A stretch of DNA of 64,000 bases, taken from contig CAMAVZ010000001.1 in assembly GCA_945861645.1 (NCBI GenBank), forward strand, positions 1-64,000. The letters are read 5' to 3'. A program made the position numbers and the translations under genes. The notes beneath the pieces were generated by a model. That model had not been told where the DNA came from. It searched no databases and saw only the letters and a list, made by a program, of their open reading frames with translations. Positions 40,158-49,533 of this stretch are shown here, piece by piece. The first letter of the stretch is position 1, and every line of letters begins with the position of its first letter. The stretch comes from Opitutus sp. GAS368 (GTDB lineage: Bacteria; Verrucomicrobiota; Verrucomicrobiia; Opitutales; Opitutaceae).

Positions 40158-41084
40158 TTAACTTGGCTGGTAATCCTTCCACTGGAAGAAACCAATGGCC
40201 TCAAGTTCCGTGAGCATGGCTTTTACGCCGGCGGCATCGGGGTTAGCGTTGGGCAGGCGGGTGGGGCCCACGGGCACGCCGAGATGGGTCATGAGAGCTT
40301 TCGCTGAGCCTAGATAACCGCGTTGGGCGACAATCCGAATAACTTGCATCAGGCGTGCTTGTTCAATTTGCGCGGTCGCCAAATCGTTGCGGCCAAAAGC
40401 GGCGATCATGCGGTGCAGGGGACCCGCGGAAAAATTATAAGTGCTGCCGATGCCGCCTTGAGCGCCCATGGCGAGAGCGGACAGAAAATATTCATCAATG
40501 CCCCAAGGTAGGTCGAAGCGGCCTCCGGCCAATTGGCGGCCTAAGAGATAGGTGCCCAGGTCAGGATTGGAGTATTTTACACCGGCCAAATTGGGGATCC
40601 GTTGGGCGGCGAGGGTGAGGAATTGATCCACCGGAAAGCTAATCCCCGTCAGGGCCGGAATGTCGTAGTAATAAAAAGGGGTGCGCGCCGCGGCTCGCGC
40701 GACTTGTGCACAGCAGCCCACTAAATCTTCCAAGGTGCGGGGCTTAAAATAAGACGGCGCGATCATGGAGATGGCGGCGGCATGGTTTTTTTCCGCTTGG
40801 GCGGCGAGCGTGGCTGCATCCGCCAAGCAGTTGGCGCCGACATGCACGACGACTTGGATCCCGCTGTTTTGAGCAACTTGCGCCCAGCGATCACCCAGAG
40901 CGAGGCGCTCAGCTAACGTGAGGGAAGTGCTTTCGCCCGTCGTGCCACCAATGAAGACAGCCTTAATGTGGCGCGCCTGAAGGTAGGCCGCCTGTTTTTC
41001 TACGACCGCTAGGTGCAGCGAACCATCGGCGTGGAAAGGCGTATGCGTGGCAGGGCAGAGACCGTGAAACTTGAAGACAGGCAT
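40158..41084 (-). CDS. DHDPS-family aldolase, N-acetylneuraminate lyase-like
   Basis: GGTTGES, YYYDIPALTG, GVKYS Schiff-base Lys, GIGSTYN. Confidence 0.85.
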   Translation of the reverse strand: MPVFKFHGLCPATHTPFHADGSLHLAVVEKQAAYLQARHIKAVFIGGTTGESTSLTLAERLALGDRWAQVAQNSGIQVVVHVGANCLADAATLAAQAEKNHAAAISMIAPSYFKPRTLEDLVGCCAQVARAAARTPFYYYDIPALTGISFPVDQFLTLAAQRIPNLAGVKYSNPDLGTYLLGRQLAGGRFDLPWGIDEYFLSALAMGAQGGIGSTYNFSAGPLHRMIAAFGRNDLATAQIEQARLMQVIRIVAQRGYLGSAKALMTHLGVPVGPTRLPNANPDAAGVKAMLTELEAIGFFQWKDYQPS

Positions 41085-41192
41085 GATGCTGGGAGTGGAG
41101 CTGGGGTGAAAATTGCGGCTCAAGGGATAAATTGATAATGGGCGCGAAAGCAATGTCAGGTCGCGAGAACCTGCCGCGTTAGTTAACGGGAA

Positions 41193-42254
41193 TTATTTTT
41201 TACGAAGTTCTTCAATCCATCGTTTATGGGGACCCGATAGAGCGAGAAGCGGCAGTTGAGCAAAAGAGATCCACTCCAGATTAGCTTGGGCTTTGATTTT
41301 ATTTTTTATGGTCGGGGTCAGGGGCACGCGGTAAATGGCTTCAGTGATCTGGTACCGCGTGATCGCGCGCCGCTTGACCGCGAGCAAAAATTTCGCGCTC
41401 GGGGTGGGGCGTTTAAGATCAGCGGCTTCGGGCAGCTCGTACAATCCGGCGAGCCGCTTGGCCTGAGTATGGCCCCGCCGCAATAATAGCCGATCGCCAG
41501 ATTCGCACCAGAGGCGGGTGACGGTGCGGTGCTCGATTTGCTTAGGTTGGAGGCGGGGGATTTTTTCGGGCTGACCATCGGCGCGGGCCTGACAAAAATC
41601 GGCGACTGGGCAGGTTGAGCACAGCGGATTTTGGCGAACGCAAACGGTGGCTCCCAGCTCCATCATCGCTTGGTTATGTTCGCCCGGTTGGCTCGCAATT
41701 ACCAGGGCATCGGCCAGTGGGGTGAAATATTTTACCGCGGCCGATCCATCTTTAAAAAGTTGGCCTTCACCCGCGAGGCGGGCCAGAATGCGCACGACAT
41801 TGCCATCAACCACGGCGGCCGGTTCGCCAAAGGCAATGCTGGTGATCGCCGCGGCGGTGTAGGGACCGATGCCGGGCAATTCGCGCCACTGAGCTGGCGC
41901 GCGGGGTGGCGTGGGCTGCGCCGCTATTTGTTGGGCTAATTTATGCAGATTTCTCGCCCGCGAATAATAACCGAGACCTTCCCAAAGTTTCATAACTTGA
42001 GACTCAGGGGCCGCCGCGAGCGCTGTAAAATCGGGCAAGGCGCGTAGCCAGCAGTCGAAATAAGGGAGGACCGTCTTGACCTGAGTTTGCTGAAGCATGA
42101 ACTCGGAGACGACCGTTTTGTAGAGGGAAGGGGTCGTGCGCCAGGGCAGCCGGCGTTGATGCACGCGGTACCACGCCTGCAGCGCTCGTTGGAAAGAGCG
42201 GCGTTGAGCAATGAGCTTTGCGGAATGAGCCACGAAATAACCAGCAGACACCAT
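41193..42254 (-). CDS. mutY: A/G-specific adenine glycosylase
   Basis: LPWR, SEFMLQQTQV, GLGYYSRARNLH, LPGIGPYT, VDGNV, CX6CX2CX5C. Confidence 0.93.
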   Translation of the reverse strand: MVSAGYFVAHSAKLIAQRRSFQRALQAWYRVHQRRLPWRTTPSLYKTVVSEFMLQQTQVKTVLPYFDCWLRALPDFTALAAAPESQVMKLWEGLGYYSRARNLHKLAQQIAAQPTPPRAPAQWRELPGIGPYTAAAITSIAFGEPAAVVDGNVVRILARLAGEGQLFKDGSAAVKYFTPLADALVIASQPGEHNQAMMELGATVCVRQNPLCSTCPVADFCQARADGQPEKIPRLQPKQIEHRTVTRLWCESGDRLLLRRGHTQAKRLAGLYELPEAADLKRPTPSAKFLLAVKRRAITRYQITEAIYRVPLTPTIKNKIKAQANLEWISFAQLPLLALSGPHKRWIEELRKK

Positions 42255-42322
42255 AAAAGCGGAAGTGGAAAGAGGCGTTTTCTCGGCGTGCTTTTTAGGG
42301 TTTTTTGTGGCTAATCCTCCCT

Positions 42323-43333
42323 ATGCCCAAACGGTTCGACGACGCGGAGGAAAAGAAGCCCAAGGCGATCACTTCCTATACGATCAAGCTTGATGACGCC
42401 CGGATGAAAAAGCTGCAGGCGGCGTGCGCGGCCCAGCACTGGGAGACGGCGGAGGTGCCTTACGCGCGTTTCGCCTTCAAGGGGCCTAAGGTAAACGTCA
42501 CCGCCTACACCAGTGGCAAGGTGGTGGTCGCGGGTAAAGAGACGGAAGAATTTGTCCAAAATGTCATCGAAGCTGAGGTGACGGGGGCGCCGAAGCTCGG
42601 GTACGATGAGGTGCTCCATCCTGACTGGTTTGAGCCGCATGCTGGTCTGGATGAGAGCGGCAAGGGCGACTTATTCGGGCCCGTCGTGGCGGCGACGGTT
42701 ATCGCTGAAGGGGATGCCGTGCGCCGCTGGCTCGCGGCGGGCGTGCGGGATAGTAAGACGATTGTTGATGCGCAGATTTTAAAATTGGACGATCTGATCC
42801 GCGCTACCCCGGGCGTCGTAGTGGAGGTGCGTCATCTGGATATGGCCGAATATAACCGGACCATGTTACAACCCTTTGCTAGTCTTAATCGTTTGTTGGC
42901 GCAGCACCACGCTGATGCGCTGGATGCGGCGCTGCAGAAAAAATGGGTGCCGCGCGGGCTGCTCGATCAATTTTCCAAGGAGCCGCTGGTGCAGCGGGTG
43001 ATGAAGAAGAAAGGGCTGGCGCGATTTGATCTGCAAATGCGGACGAAGGCTGAAGAGGATCCCGTTGTGGCCGCTGCTTCCATTGTGGCCCGGGCGGAAT
43101 TCGTGCGGCTGATGCAGGCGCTCTCGCGCGAGTTCGGGGACAAGCTCCAGAAGGGGGCCGGCGCACCGGCCAAGGCGCAGGCTAGCTTGCTAATTGAAAA
43201 ATTAGGGGCTCGCTCGCTCGGGCATTTTGCTAAGTTGCATTTTCGGACCTGCTACGAAGTGGTCGCGGCGGCGGGCAAATTAGCCGAGTTGCCGCTGAAA
43301 GAACCCAAGGAAAAAACGGAGTGGAAGCGGTGA
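42323..43333 (+). CDS. rnhC: Ribonuclease HIII
   Basis: TBP-like N-domain (YTSGKVVVAG), DESGKGD.FGP, DSK, DQF, VAAASIVAR, KLHF. Confidence 0.9.
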   Translation: MPKRFDDAEEKKPKAITSYTIKLDDARMKKLQAACAAQHWETAEVPYARFAFKGPKVNVTAYTSGKVVVAGKETEEFVQNVIEAEVTGAPKLGYDEVLHPDWFEPHAGLDESGKGDLFGPVVAATVIAEGDAVRRWLAAGVRDSKTIVDAQILKLDDLIRATPGVVVEVRHLDMAEYNRTMLQPFASLNRLLAQHHADALDAALQKKWVPRGLLDQFSKEPLVQRVMKKKGLARFDLQMRTKAEEDPVVAAASIVARAEFVRLMQALSREFGDKLQKGAGAPAKAQASLLIEKLGARSLGHFAKLHFRTCYEVVAAAGKLAELPLKEPKEKTEWKR

Positions 43334-43391
43334 GCGGTTGGTTGGTTCAACTCCCGAGACAGCGCTAACTCGCTTTCTCTGCTCAAAGCCC

Positions 43392-44153
43392 ATGGCTACT
43401 AAGCGCCGTCAGCTGCGTGGATTCGATCTTAAGCAAATATTTAGCTTGGGCAGTCTCATTGGGGTCGATGAGGCCGGTCGTGGCGCGCTGGCGGGACCGG
43501 TGGTCGCGGCCGCGGTGCTGGTCACCCCTGAATTCCTCGAGGGTCGCTGGGCGGTGAGTAAATCCAGTCGGGTTAATGATTCGAAGCAACTCAGCGCGCT
43601 CGAGCGCACTGAGTTGTGGTTGGAATTTGAAGACTTGGTGCAGCAAGGGCAGATCCATGCTAATTACGGCAGCGCGAGCGTGGCCGAAATTGAGGCGGTC
43701 AATATTTTGGGGGCCACTAAGCTCGCCATGCGCCGGGCGCTTGAGGGGATTTACCCGGCGACAGCTTTTGAACGAAAAGTAGAGCCGGATCTTTTTGCCA
43801 GTGATGCGGAAAAAGAATCGTTCCAGCCCAGGGTCTCTTGTCGCATTCTGATCGACGGTTTGCCGCTGCGGAACTTTCCGTATCCGCACGAAGGCATTGT
43901 CAGCGGTGACGGGCGCTCACTCTGTATCGCGATGGCTTCAATTATTGCCAAGGTCACGCGCGATCGCTTAATGGATGAACTCGATCGTCACCATGCGGGC
44001 TATGGTTTCGCGCAGCACAAAGGCTATGGGACCGAAGAGCATCGGGCGGCGATCTTGAAGCTGGGGCGCAGTGCGGTGCATCGGGATAGTTTTTTGCGCA
44101 AACTCTATGCCCAGCCGCGTGATTTGGAGGGACAGATGATACTGTTTGATTGA
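43392..44153 (+). CDS. rnhB: Ribonuclease HII
   Basis: GVDEAGRGALAGPV, DSKQL, IDG, ASIIAKV.RD, HKGYGT. Confidence 0.93.
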   Translation: MATKRRQLRGFDLKQIFSLGSLIGVDEAGRGALAGPVVAAAVLVTPEFLEGRWAVSKSSRVNDSKQLSALERTELWLEFEDLVQQGQIHANYGSASVAEIEAVNILGATKLAMRRALEGIYPATAFERKVEPDLFASDAEKESFQPRVSCRILIDGLPLRNFPYPHEGIVSGDGRSLCIAMASIIAKVTRDRLMDELDRHHAGYGFAQHKGYGTEEHRAAILKLGRSAVHRDSFLRKLYAQPRDLEGQMILFD

Positions 44154-44182
44154 ACGGCCGGAGCGCTTATGGCTTTTCTCTG

Positions 44183-45358
44183 ATGTCAGGCAAAAAACTC
44201 AGTTCACTGGATAAAGTGCTCGGTCGGCTTGATCGACTGGATGCGGCTGGTTTGCAGACGTTGGTGCAGCGCTTAGCCCGCGAGCGGACTATGCTCGATG
44301 CGGTGTTCAATATTTTGCAAGAGGGGGTGCTGGTGATCACCGCTGATGGGGAGATTGATTATGCCAATGATGCGGCGGCGCAGATGATCGGCTTTAAAGA
44401 TCAGAGCGGAGCGGCGGCCACGCTGTGGCGGTTGGTCCCAGGTTTACGGGCTTCCCTCGAAGGGGAAAGCGCTGGCGGGCAGACGCTGGGGCCGCCGTTA
44501 ATCACGCGGGAGTTCGAACTCACTTATCCCCAGGCCCGCGTGGTCCGGCTCTACATGGTGCCTTTTCATGAAGGCGAGCAAGGGGAGGCGCGGTTTGTTA
44601 TCATCTTGGCGGATATTACGCGGCAGAAAAAATCGACGCAGGAGCTCATTGAAAATGAACGAACTTCATCGGTCTTGCTGCTCGCGGCCGGGGTCGCCCA
44701 TGAGTTGGGCAATCCGCTGAATTCGCTGACGATTCATTTGCAGCTCATCGAGCGTAAGTTGAAAAAATTGCGCGATGCTAAAGAGGCGGCGGCCTTGACG
44801 GAGTCCATCCAGATTTGTCAGGGGGAGGTGACGCGCCTCGATGGCATTATTCAAAATTTCCTTGAAGCGATTCGCCCACGCCCGCCGGATTTGGCGGACG
44901 TTAATATTGTCGAAGTCATTGAAGACGTTCTGCGTTTTCAGGAAAAGGAATTTGCCGACCGAGAAATTAAAATCGAAGGTGAGTTACCGGAGAGTACGCC
45001 GCTGATCATGGCGGATCGCAATCAGTTGAAGCAGGTCTTTTTCAATTTATTAAAAAATGCCATGGAGGCCATGCAGCCCGGTGGCATGCTGGGCATTCGG
45101 GTCCGCGCGGATGACGATTCTGTTTTTGTCCGCGTCGCTGATGCGGGGGTGGGCATTAAGCCGGAGGATCTGGCGAAGCTCTTTTCACCCTATCACACCA
45201 CGAAAGTTGGTGGGCACGGTTTGGGTCTGATGATCGTCCAGCGCATTATGCGCGAGCATGGCGGGCAGGTTGGAATTGAAAGCAAAGAAGGCGTGGGCAC
45301 GGTGGTGACGCTGCAATTTCCCCAGAAGCACCGGCGCGTGCGAATGCTGAAAAGCTAA
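44183..45358 (+). CDS. PAS-domain cytoplasmic sensor histidine kinase (NtrB-like)
   Basis: AHELGNPL H-box, NLLKNAMEA N-box, DAGVGI, GHGLGL. Confidence 0.9.
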   Translation: MSGKKLSSLDKVLGRLDRLDAAGLQTLVQRLARERTMLDAVFNILQEGVLVITADGEIDYANDAAAQMIGFKDQSGAAATLWRLVPGLRASLEGESAGGQTLGPPLITREFELTYPQARVVRLYMVPFHEGEQGEARFVIILADITRQKKSTQELIENERTSSVLLLAAGVAHELGNPLNSLTIHLQLIERKLKKLRDAKEAAALTESIQICQGEVTRLDGIIQNFLEAIRPRPPDLADVNIVEVIEDVLRFQEKEFADREIKIEGELPESTPLIMADRNQLKQVFFNLLKNAMEAMQPGGMLGIRVRADDDSVFVRVADAGVGIKPEDLAKLFSPYHTTKVGGHGLGLMIVQRIMREHGGQVGIESKEGVGTVVTLQFPQKHRRVRMLKS

Positions 45359-45419
45359 TGCGGCCAACGGGGGGTCGACTAAAAATAATTAGCCGCGACC
45401 TGCGTTGGGCGTTCCGCCC

Positions 45420-45656
45420 TTAATTCGCCGGGGGAGTCGTGCGGCGGTAGTAGAGATACAATTCTTCAACCTTCGCTCGTGCCCAGGGCGTCCGGCGGAG
45501 AAATTGCAGACTGGATTTGACGCTGGGGTCAAAATTGAAGCATCGAATGTCGATGCGCCGGCCGAGTTCCGCCCAGCCGTAGTGCGCCGATAACTCTTGG
45601 AGAATCATCTCAAGCGTGACGCCATGCAGGGGGTCGTGAGCGGAAGCGTTCGTCAT
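45420..45656 (-). CDS. VF530/DUF2132-family small protein
   Basis: PLHGVTLE, YGW.EL, CF..DPS.KSSL.FLRRTPWAR.KVE. Confidence 0.85.
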   Translation of the reverse strand: MTNASAHDPLHGVTLEMILQELSAHYGWAELGRRIDIRCFNFDPSVKSSLQFLRRTPWARAKVEELYLYYRRTTPPAN

Positions 45657-45668
45657 CGATCGGAGGGC

Positions 45669-46082
45669 TTAGGGTTCCAGCTCGTAGCCAAAGATCGCGA
45701 TTTCTTCCACGCGGGGCGGGAAGGGCACCAGCGAGAGCTTGCCCGCCACGACGGGATAAACGGGGGCCATTATTTTTCGATTTTCGGTCAGCGATCTCAG
45801 TTGGGCTTTGTAAATAAGGTCCTGGGAAAACTTGTTTTCCACTTTCAGATTGAGGAAGAGTTTTTTCTTCGTCGGATCAGTGGGATCCAGGGTGAGAATA
45901 ACTTGGGCTTCAGGATCTAGGGTCTGGGAAACTTGGGCTAATTTAATTTTTCCGCCCAGCTGAGTGAAGCGCACGTAGATGGTTTCGCCCGGGTGAATCA
46001 GGACGGTGTTGGCTTTCTCGGCTGCCGCGTAGGCGAGAGGCCAGAACAGCAAGCCGGCCAGTAGGCCTAAAAGTTTTCTCAT
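45669..46082 (-). CDS. Hypothetical exported protein
   Basis: MRKLLGLLAGLLFWPLAYA signal peptide; internal ATG chosen over the track start. Confidence 0.7.
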   Translation of the reverse strand: MRKLLGLLAGLLFWPLAYAAAEKANTVLIHPGETIYVRFTQLGGKIKLAQVSQTLDPEAQVILTLDPTDPTKKKLFLNLKVENKFSQDLIYKAQLRSLTENRKIMAPVYPVVAGKLSLVPFPPRVEEIAIFGYELEP

Positions 46083-46263
46083 AATAAATATTGCGGCTAA
46101 TCTGCTCGGAACCTCGTCAACAGGGAATAAAAAAATGTGCGGCGGCGGATGCGGGGGGGCGTCGAGGGGGAGTGCGCGAGCTTGACGCCGTCGCCGCGGG
46201 GGTTTGCGTAGGTGGCAGTTTAAATAGCAACCGCTCGGGCCAGAGCCAATTGGAGCAAATAAT

Positions 46264-48462
46264 ATGGCCACACCTGATACCGTATTGCCGCCTCGCCTGA
46301 TTTGGGCGCGCCGTTGGTTTTTTGTCATTAGTTTTTCTTTTCAATGGGTAGTGGGGGGCGGCTCGGTCAATTATGCGGCCGAGGTGGCGACGGCCGCCGA
46401 GATCGCGTCGTTGCCACTGGCGGAAGTACGCGAGCGCATCGCTGCGCTGCGGGCGGAAGTGGCCCATCATGATGAGCTTTATTTTAAGCGCGCCGCGCCG
46501 GTCATCAGTGACGCCGCTTATGATCAGCTGAAGCGTGAGCTAACGGATTGGGAGGGCCGTTACCCTGCGCTGAGTACCGCGCCCAGCGATGGGTTGGGGG
46601 TCGATGATCGGACGGGGCTGCGGCCGGTTTATCGCCATCGTGAGCGGATGTTGAGCCTAGATAAAAGTTACTCGGAGCTAGAATTACGGTCCTTCGATGA
46701 GCGGATCAGGCGGCAGTTGGGGCGGCAAAATTTAACCTATGTAGTAGAGCCCAAGTACGATGGTTTAGCGCTTAGTGTGACTTACAAAAATGGCCGACTC
46801 GTTCGGGCGGTGACGCGCGGTGACGGCGAAGTGGGGGATGACGTCACGGCAAATGTGCTCGCCAGTACGACGCTGCCGAAAATGTTGCGCGGAGCGGGGC
46901 CGACGGGGAGTGCGCCCGGGATTCCGGCCGTGCTAGAAGTACGGGGAGAAATTTATCTAGAATTCGCGGAGTTTGCGCGAATTAATCAAGCGCGCCTCCG
47001 GGCCGGAGAGCCGTCCTTTAGTCATCCGCGTAATTTGGCGGCGGGGACGTTGCAGCAATCTGACCTGAGCACTGCAGCCGCACGGAAATTGACGGTAGTT
47101 TTTTATGGTTACGGGGGCTGCGAACCCCTCTCGCTCCGGCCTGTTGCGCAGCAAAATTGGCTGCAGCAGCTGCGTGCGTGGGGCTTGCCGACGGTTGAAA
47201 ATGCGCGGGTGGTGCAAGGCGCCGATGCGTTATGGTTGGCGGTACAAGCCATGGGGCGAGAGCGGAAAAATTATCCCTTTCCCACGGATGGAGTCGTGGT
47301 GAAGTTGGATGAAGGCCTCCTGCAAAAGCAAATGGGTGCAACCCATCAGGCCCCGCGGTGGGCGCTGGCTTATAAGTTTTCACCCGAGCGGGCCCAGACC
47401 AAGTTGCTGGCGATTGCCCTGCAAGTCGGACGCACCGGGGTGTTGGCGCCCGTGGGGGAGTTGCAGCCGGTGCCGCTCAGTGGGGCCACGGTGACCCGTG
47501 CTTCGCTCTATAATCGGGACGAGATTGCGCGGCGAGATATTCGGGTGGGTGATTACGTGTACGTCGAGAAGGCCGGAGAAATTATTCCGGCCATCAGCGG
47601 AGTAAATCGCAGTCGGCGCACGGCGGGAGTTCTCGCCTATGTTTTTCCCGTGAGCTGTCCGTCTTGCCAAAGCCGGTTACAGCAATCACCCGAGCAGGCC
47701 GCGGTGCGCTGTCTTAATCGACACTGTCCAGCGCAGGTGCGTCGCCGTCTCGAGCATTTTTCCTCAAGTGCTGGGGTCAATATTGCTGGTCTTGGGCCGG
47801 CGCTGATCGATCAATTAGTGAGTACGGGACGGGTTAAAACGACGGCGGATCTTTACCGCTTGCGGCGAGAAGATTTCCCCGCCGGCAATGGCAAAACCGC
47901 GGAGCGAGTACTCCGCGCCATCGCCCAAAGTAAGCAAGCGGAACTGTGGCGTTTTATCCATGGGCTCGGAATTCCCGGAGTGGGGGAAGTGGGCGCGCGA
48001 GCTTTGGCGCGGCAGAGCGGCGGACTCGTGGAATTAGCGCGAGCATTTCACAACGCGGAGACCGCGGCGGCGTGGGAAAAAAAAGTGGATTTAGGCGAAG
48101 CCAGCCTTCAAGCGGTTCAGGAATATTTCAGTGAACCCAGTCACCAGGCATTACTAGTCGACTTAGTGGCACTCGGCGTTCGGCCGAATAATTCACCGGA
48201 GGTAGGTGGGGCTGACCAGTTATTGCAGGGCAAGAGATTCGTTCTAACTGGGGCGCTGCAGCGGCTAACCCGAGCGCAGGCCACGGCGTTAATTATGGCG
48301 GCCGGCGGCGCCGTTGAGGCCAAGGTAAGTCGACGCACTGATTATCTGATCGTGGGAGAAGGTGGTGGCGCGAAGTTGCCTGAGGCGGCGGCTTTCGGGG
48401 TGACGATGATCGATGAAGCTAAGCTGCAGCAGCTGCTGCGACCGGGCGCGGCTTGGCAATAA
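46264..48462 (+). CDS. ligA: NAD+-dependent DNA ligase (LigA family) with N-terminal extension
   Basis: Domain Ia (ISDAAYD), KYDG, TRGDG, EVRGE, DGVVVK, PRWALAYKF, C4 zinc finger, HhH, BRCT; GGAG 8 nt before ATG. Confidence 0.9.
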   Translation: MATPDTVLPPRLIWARRWFFVISFSFQWVVGGGSVNYAAEVATAAEIASLPLAEVRERIAALRAEVAHHDELYFKRAAPVISDAAYDQLKRELTDWEGRYPALSTAPSDGLGVDDRTGLRPVYRHRERMLSLDKSYSELELRSFDERIRRQLGRQNLTYVVEPKYDGLALSVTYKNGRLVRAVTRGDGEVGDDVTANVLASTTLPKMLRGAGPTGSAPGIPAVLEVRGEIYLEFAEFARINQARLRAGEPSFSHPRNLAAGTLQQSDLSTAAARKLTVVFYGYGGCEPLSLRPVAQQNWLQQLRAWGLPTVENARVVQGADALWLAVQAMGRERKNYPFPTDGVVVKLDEGLLQKQMGATHQAPRWALAYKFSPERAQTKLLAIALQVGRTGVLAPVGELQPVPLSGATVTRASLYNRDEIARRDIRVGDYVYVEKAGEIIPAISGVNRSRRTAGVLAYVFPVSCPSCQSRLQQSPEQAAVRCLNRHCPAQVRRRLEHFSSSAGVNIAGLGPALIDQLVSTGRVKTTADLYRLRREDFPAGNGKTAERVLRAIAQSKQAELWRFIHGLGIPGVGEVGARALARQSGGLVELARAFHNAETAAAWEKKVDLGEASLQAVQEYFSEPSHQALLVDLVALGVRPNNSPEVGGADQLLQGKRFVLTGALQRLTRAQATALIMAAGGAVEAKVSRRTDYLIVGEGGGAKLPEAAAFGVTMIDEAKLQQLLRPGAAWQ

Positions 48463-48727
48463 TTCTCAGCTTTCAAGCACTAGAACTCATGGGGGCTAGT
48501 CGGACCTTGGGGTAATTTGGGCATTTAATTGATCATTCTTGCCTTGGTATTTTCTTCATGCCGCCCTGTCCCTTGCTCACGCTGGGTGTTCGTTAGTCTG
48601 TGGGGTAGGGAGTTTTTCATTCCAGCCGTTCATCACCCCGTCGCGACTGCCCCGCGTCGTTGCCACAAGGAAGCTAGTTGGTCTTTCATCTTTCGTTTCG
48701 GTTTATTCAGGTATTTCCTCTCCCCAT

Positions 48728-49507
48728 ATGGAAGTGATTTTCATGGGTACGGGCACATCGCAAGGGGTGCCGATGATTGCGTGTGATTGTGCGGTGTGTC
48801 GGTCGGTTGACCCGCGGGATCAGCGCACGCGGTCTAGTCTGCATGTCGTGATGGATGGGTTGCATATTCAAATTGATGCGGCGCCCGAGTTTCGGCTCCA
48901 GTGCTTGCGAGAAAAAATTCCCTGGGTGGATTTTTTTATTCTGACGCATGGTCATGCTGATCACCTCAACGGGATGGACGACTTGCGGCGCTTCTGTGAT
49001 TTACTCGGCGGGAACGCGTTGACGGTTTACACCACCGAAGAGGGGGCGAATCGCACGCAAGCGGTGTTTCCCTATGCGATCGCGGCCCGCCCAGTATCGG
49101 TGGGTTATGCCGCCTTTAAGCTGCAGATGATGCCAGCCGTGCTGGAGTTGCCCCAAGGGACGATCCGATCGACTCGGCTGCCGCATGGCGGGATCAATAC
49201 CTTGGGCTTAATTTTTGAGGAAAAATCGTCGGGAAAGAAATTTGTCTATTACAACGATTGCAAGGAGGTGCCGCCGGCGGCCGTGGCTTTGGCGCGTGGA
49301 GCGGATGTGGTCGTGCTCGATGGGTTACGCGTCGAGCCTCACCCTACCCATATGAATATTGCCGAAGCGTGTGCCGCGGCGGCAGAGATTGGGGCCCCGC
49401 TTAGTTATTTAACTCATCTCACGCACCGCATCGGCCACCTCGAGTGGAGCGCCCAACTGCCTCCGCGGGTCCACTTGGCGTATGACGGATTGCGACTGAG
49501 CCTCTAG
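48728..49507 (+). CDS. MBL-fold hydrolase, PhnP-like
   Basis: MEVIFMGTGTSQGVP, CDCAVC, THGHADH, HPTH, THLTH, AYDG. Confidence 0.88.
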   Translation: MEVIFMGTGTSQGVPMIACDCAVCRSVDPRDQRTRSSLHVVMDGLHIQIDAAPEFRLQCLREKIPWVDFFILTHGHADHLNGMDDLRRFCDLLGGNALTVYTTEEGANRTQAVFPYAIAARPVSVGYAAFKLQMMPAVLELPQGTIRSTRLPHGGINTLGLIFEEKSSGKKFVYYNDCKEVPPAAVALARGADVVVLDGLRVEPHPTHMNIAEACAAAAEIGAPLSYLTHLTHRIGHLEWSAQLPPRVHLAYDGLRLSL

Positions 49508-49533
49508 GCCAGGCTGGGGTAGTGCGGCGCCGT

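Noticed and set aside
48463-48727. N-terminal extension of the MBL hydrolase in the ORF track (from 48539)
   Set aside because: Family-typical start is MEVIFMGTG at 48728; upstream in-frame sequence looks non-coding.
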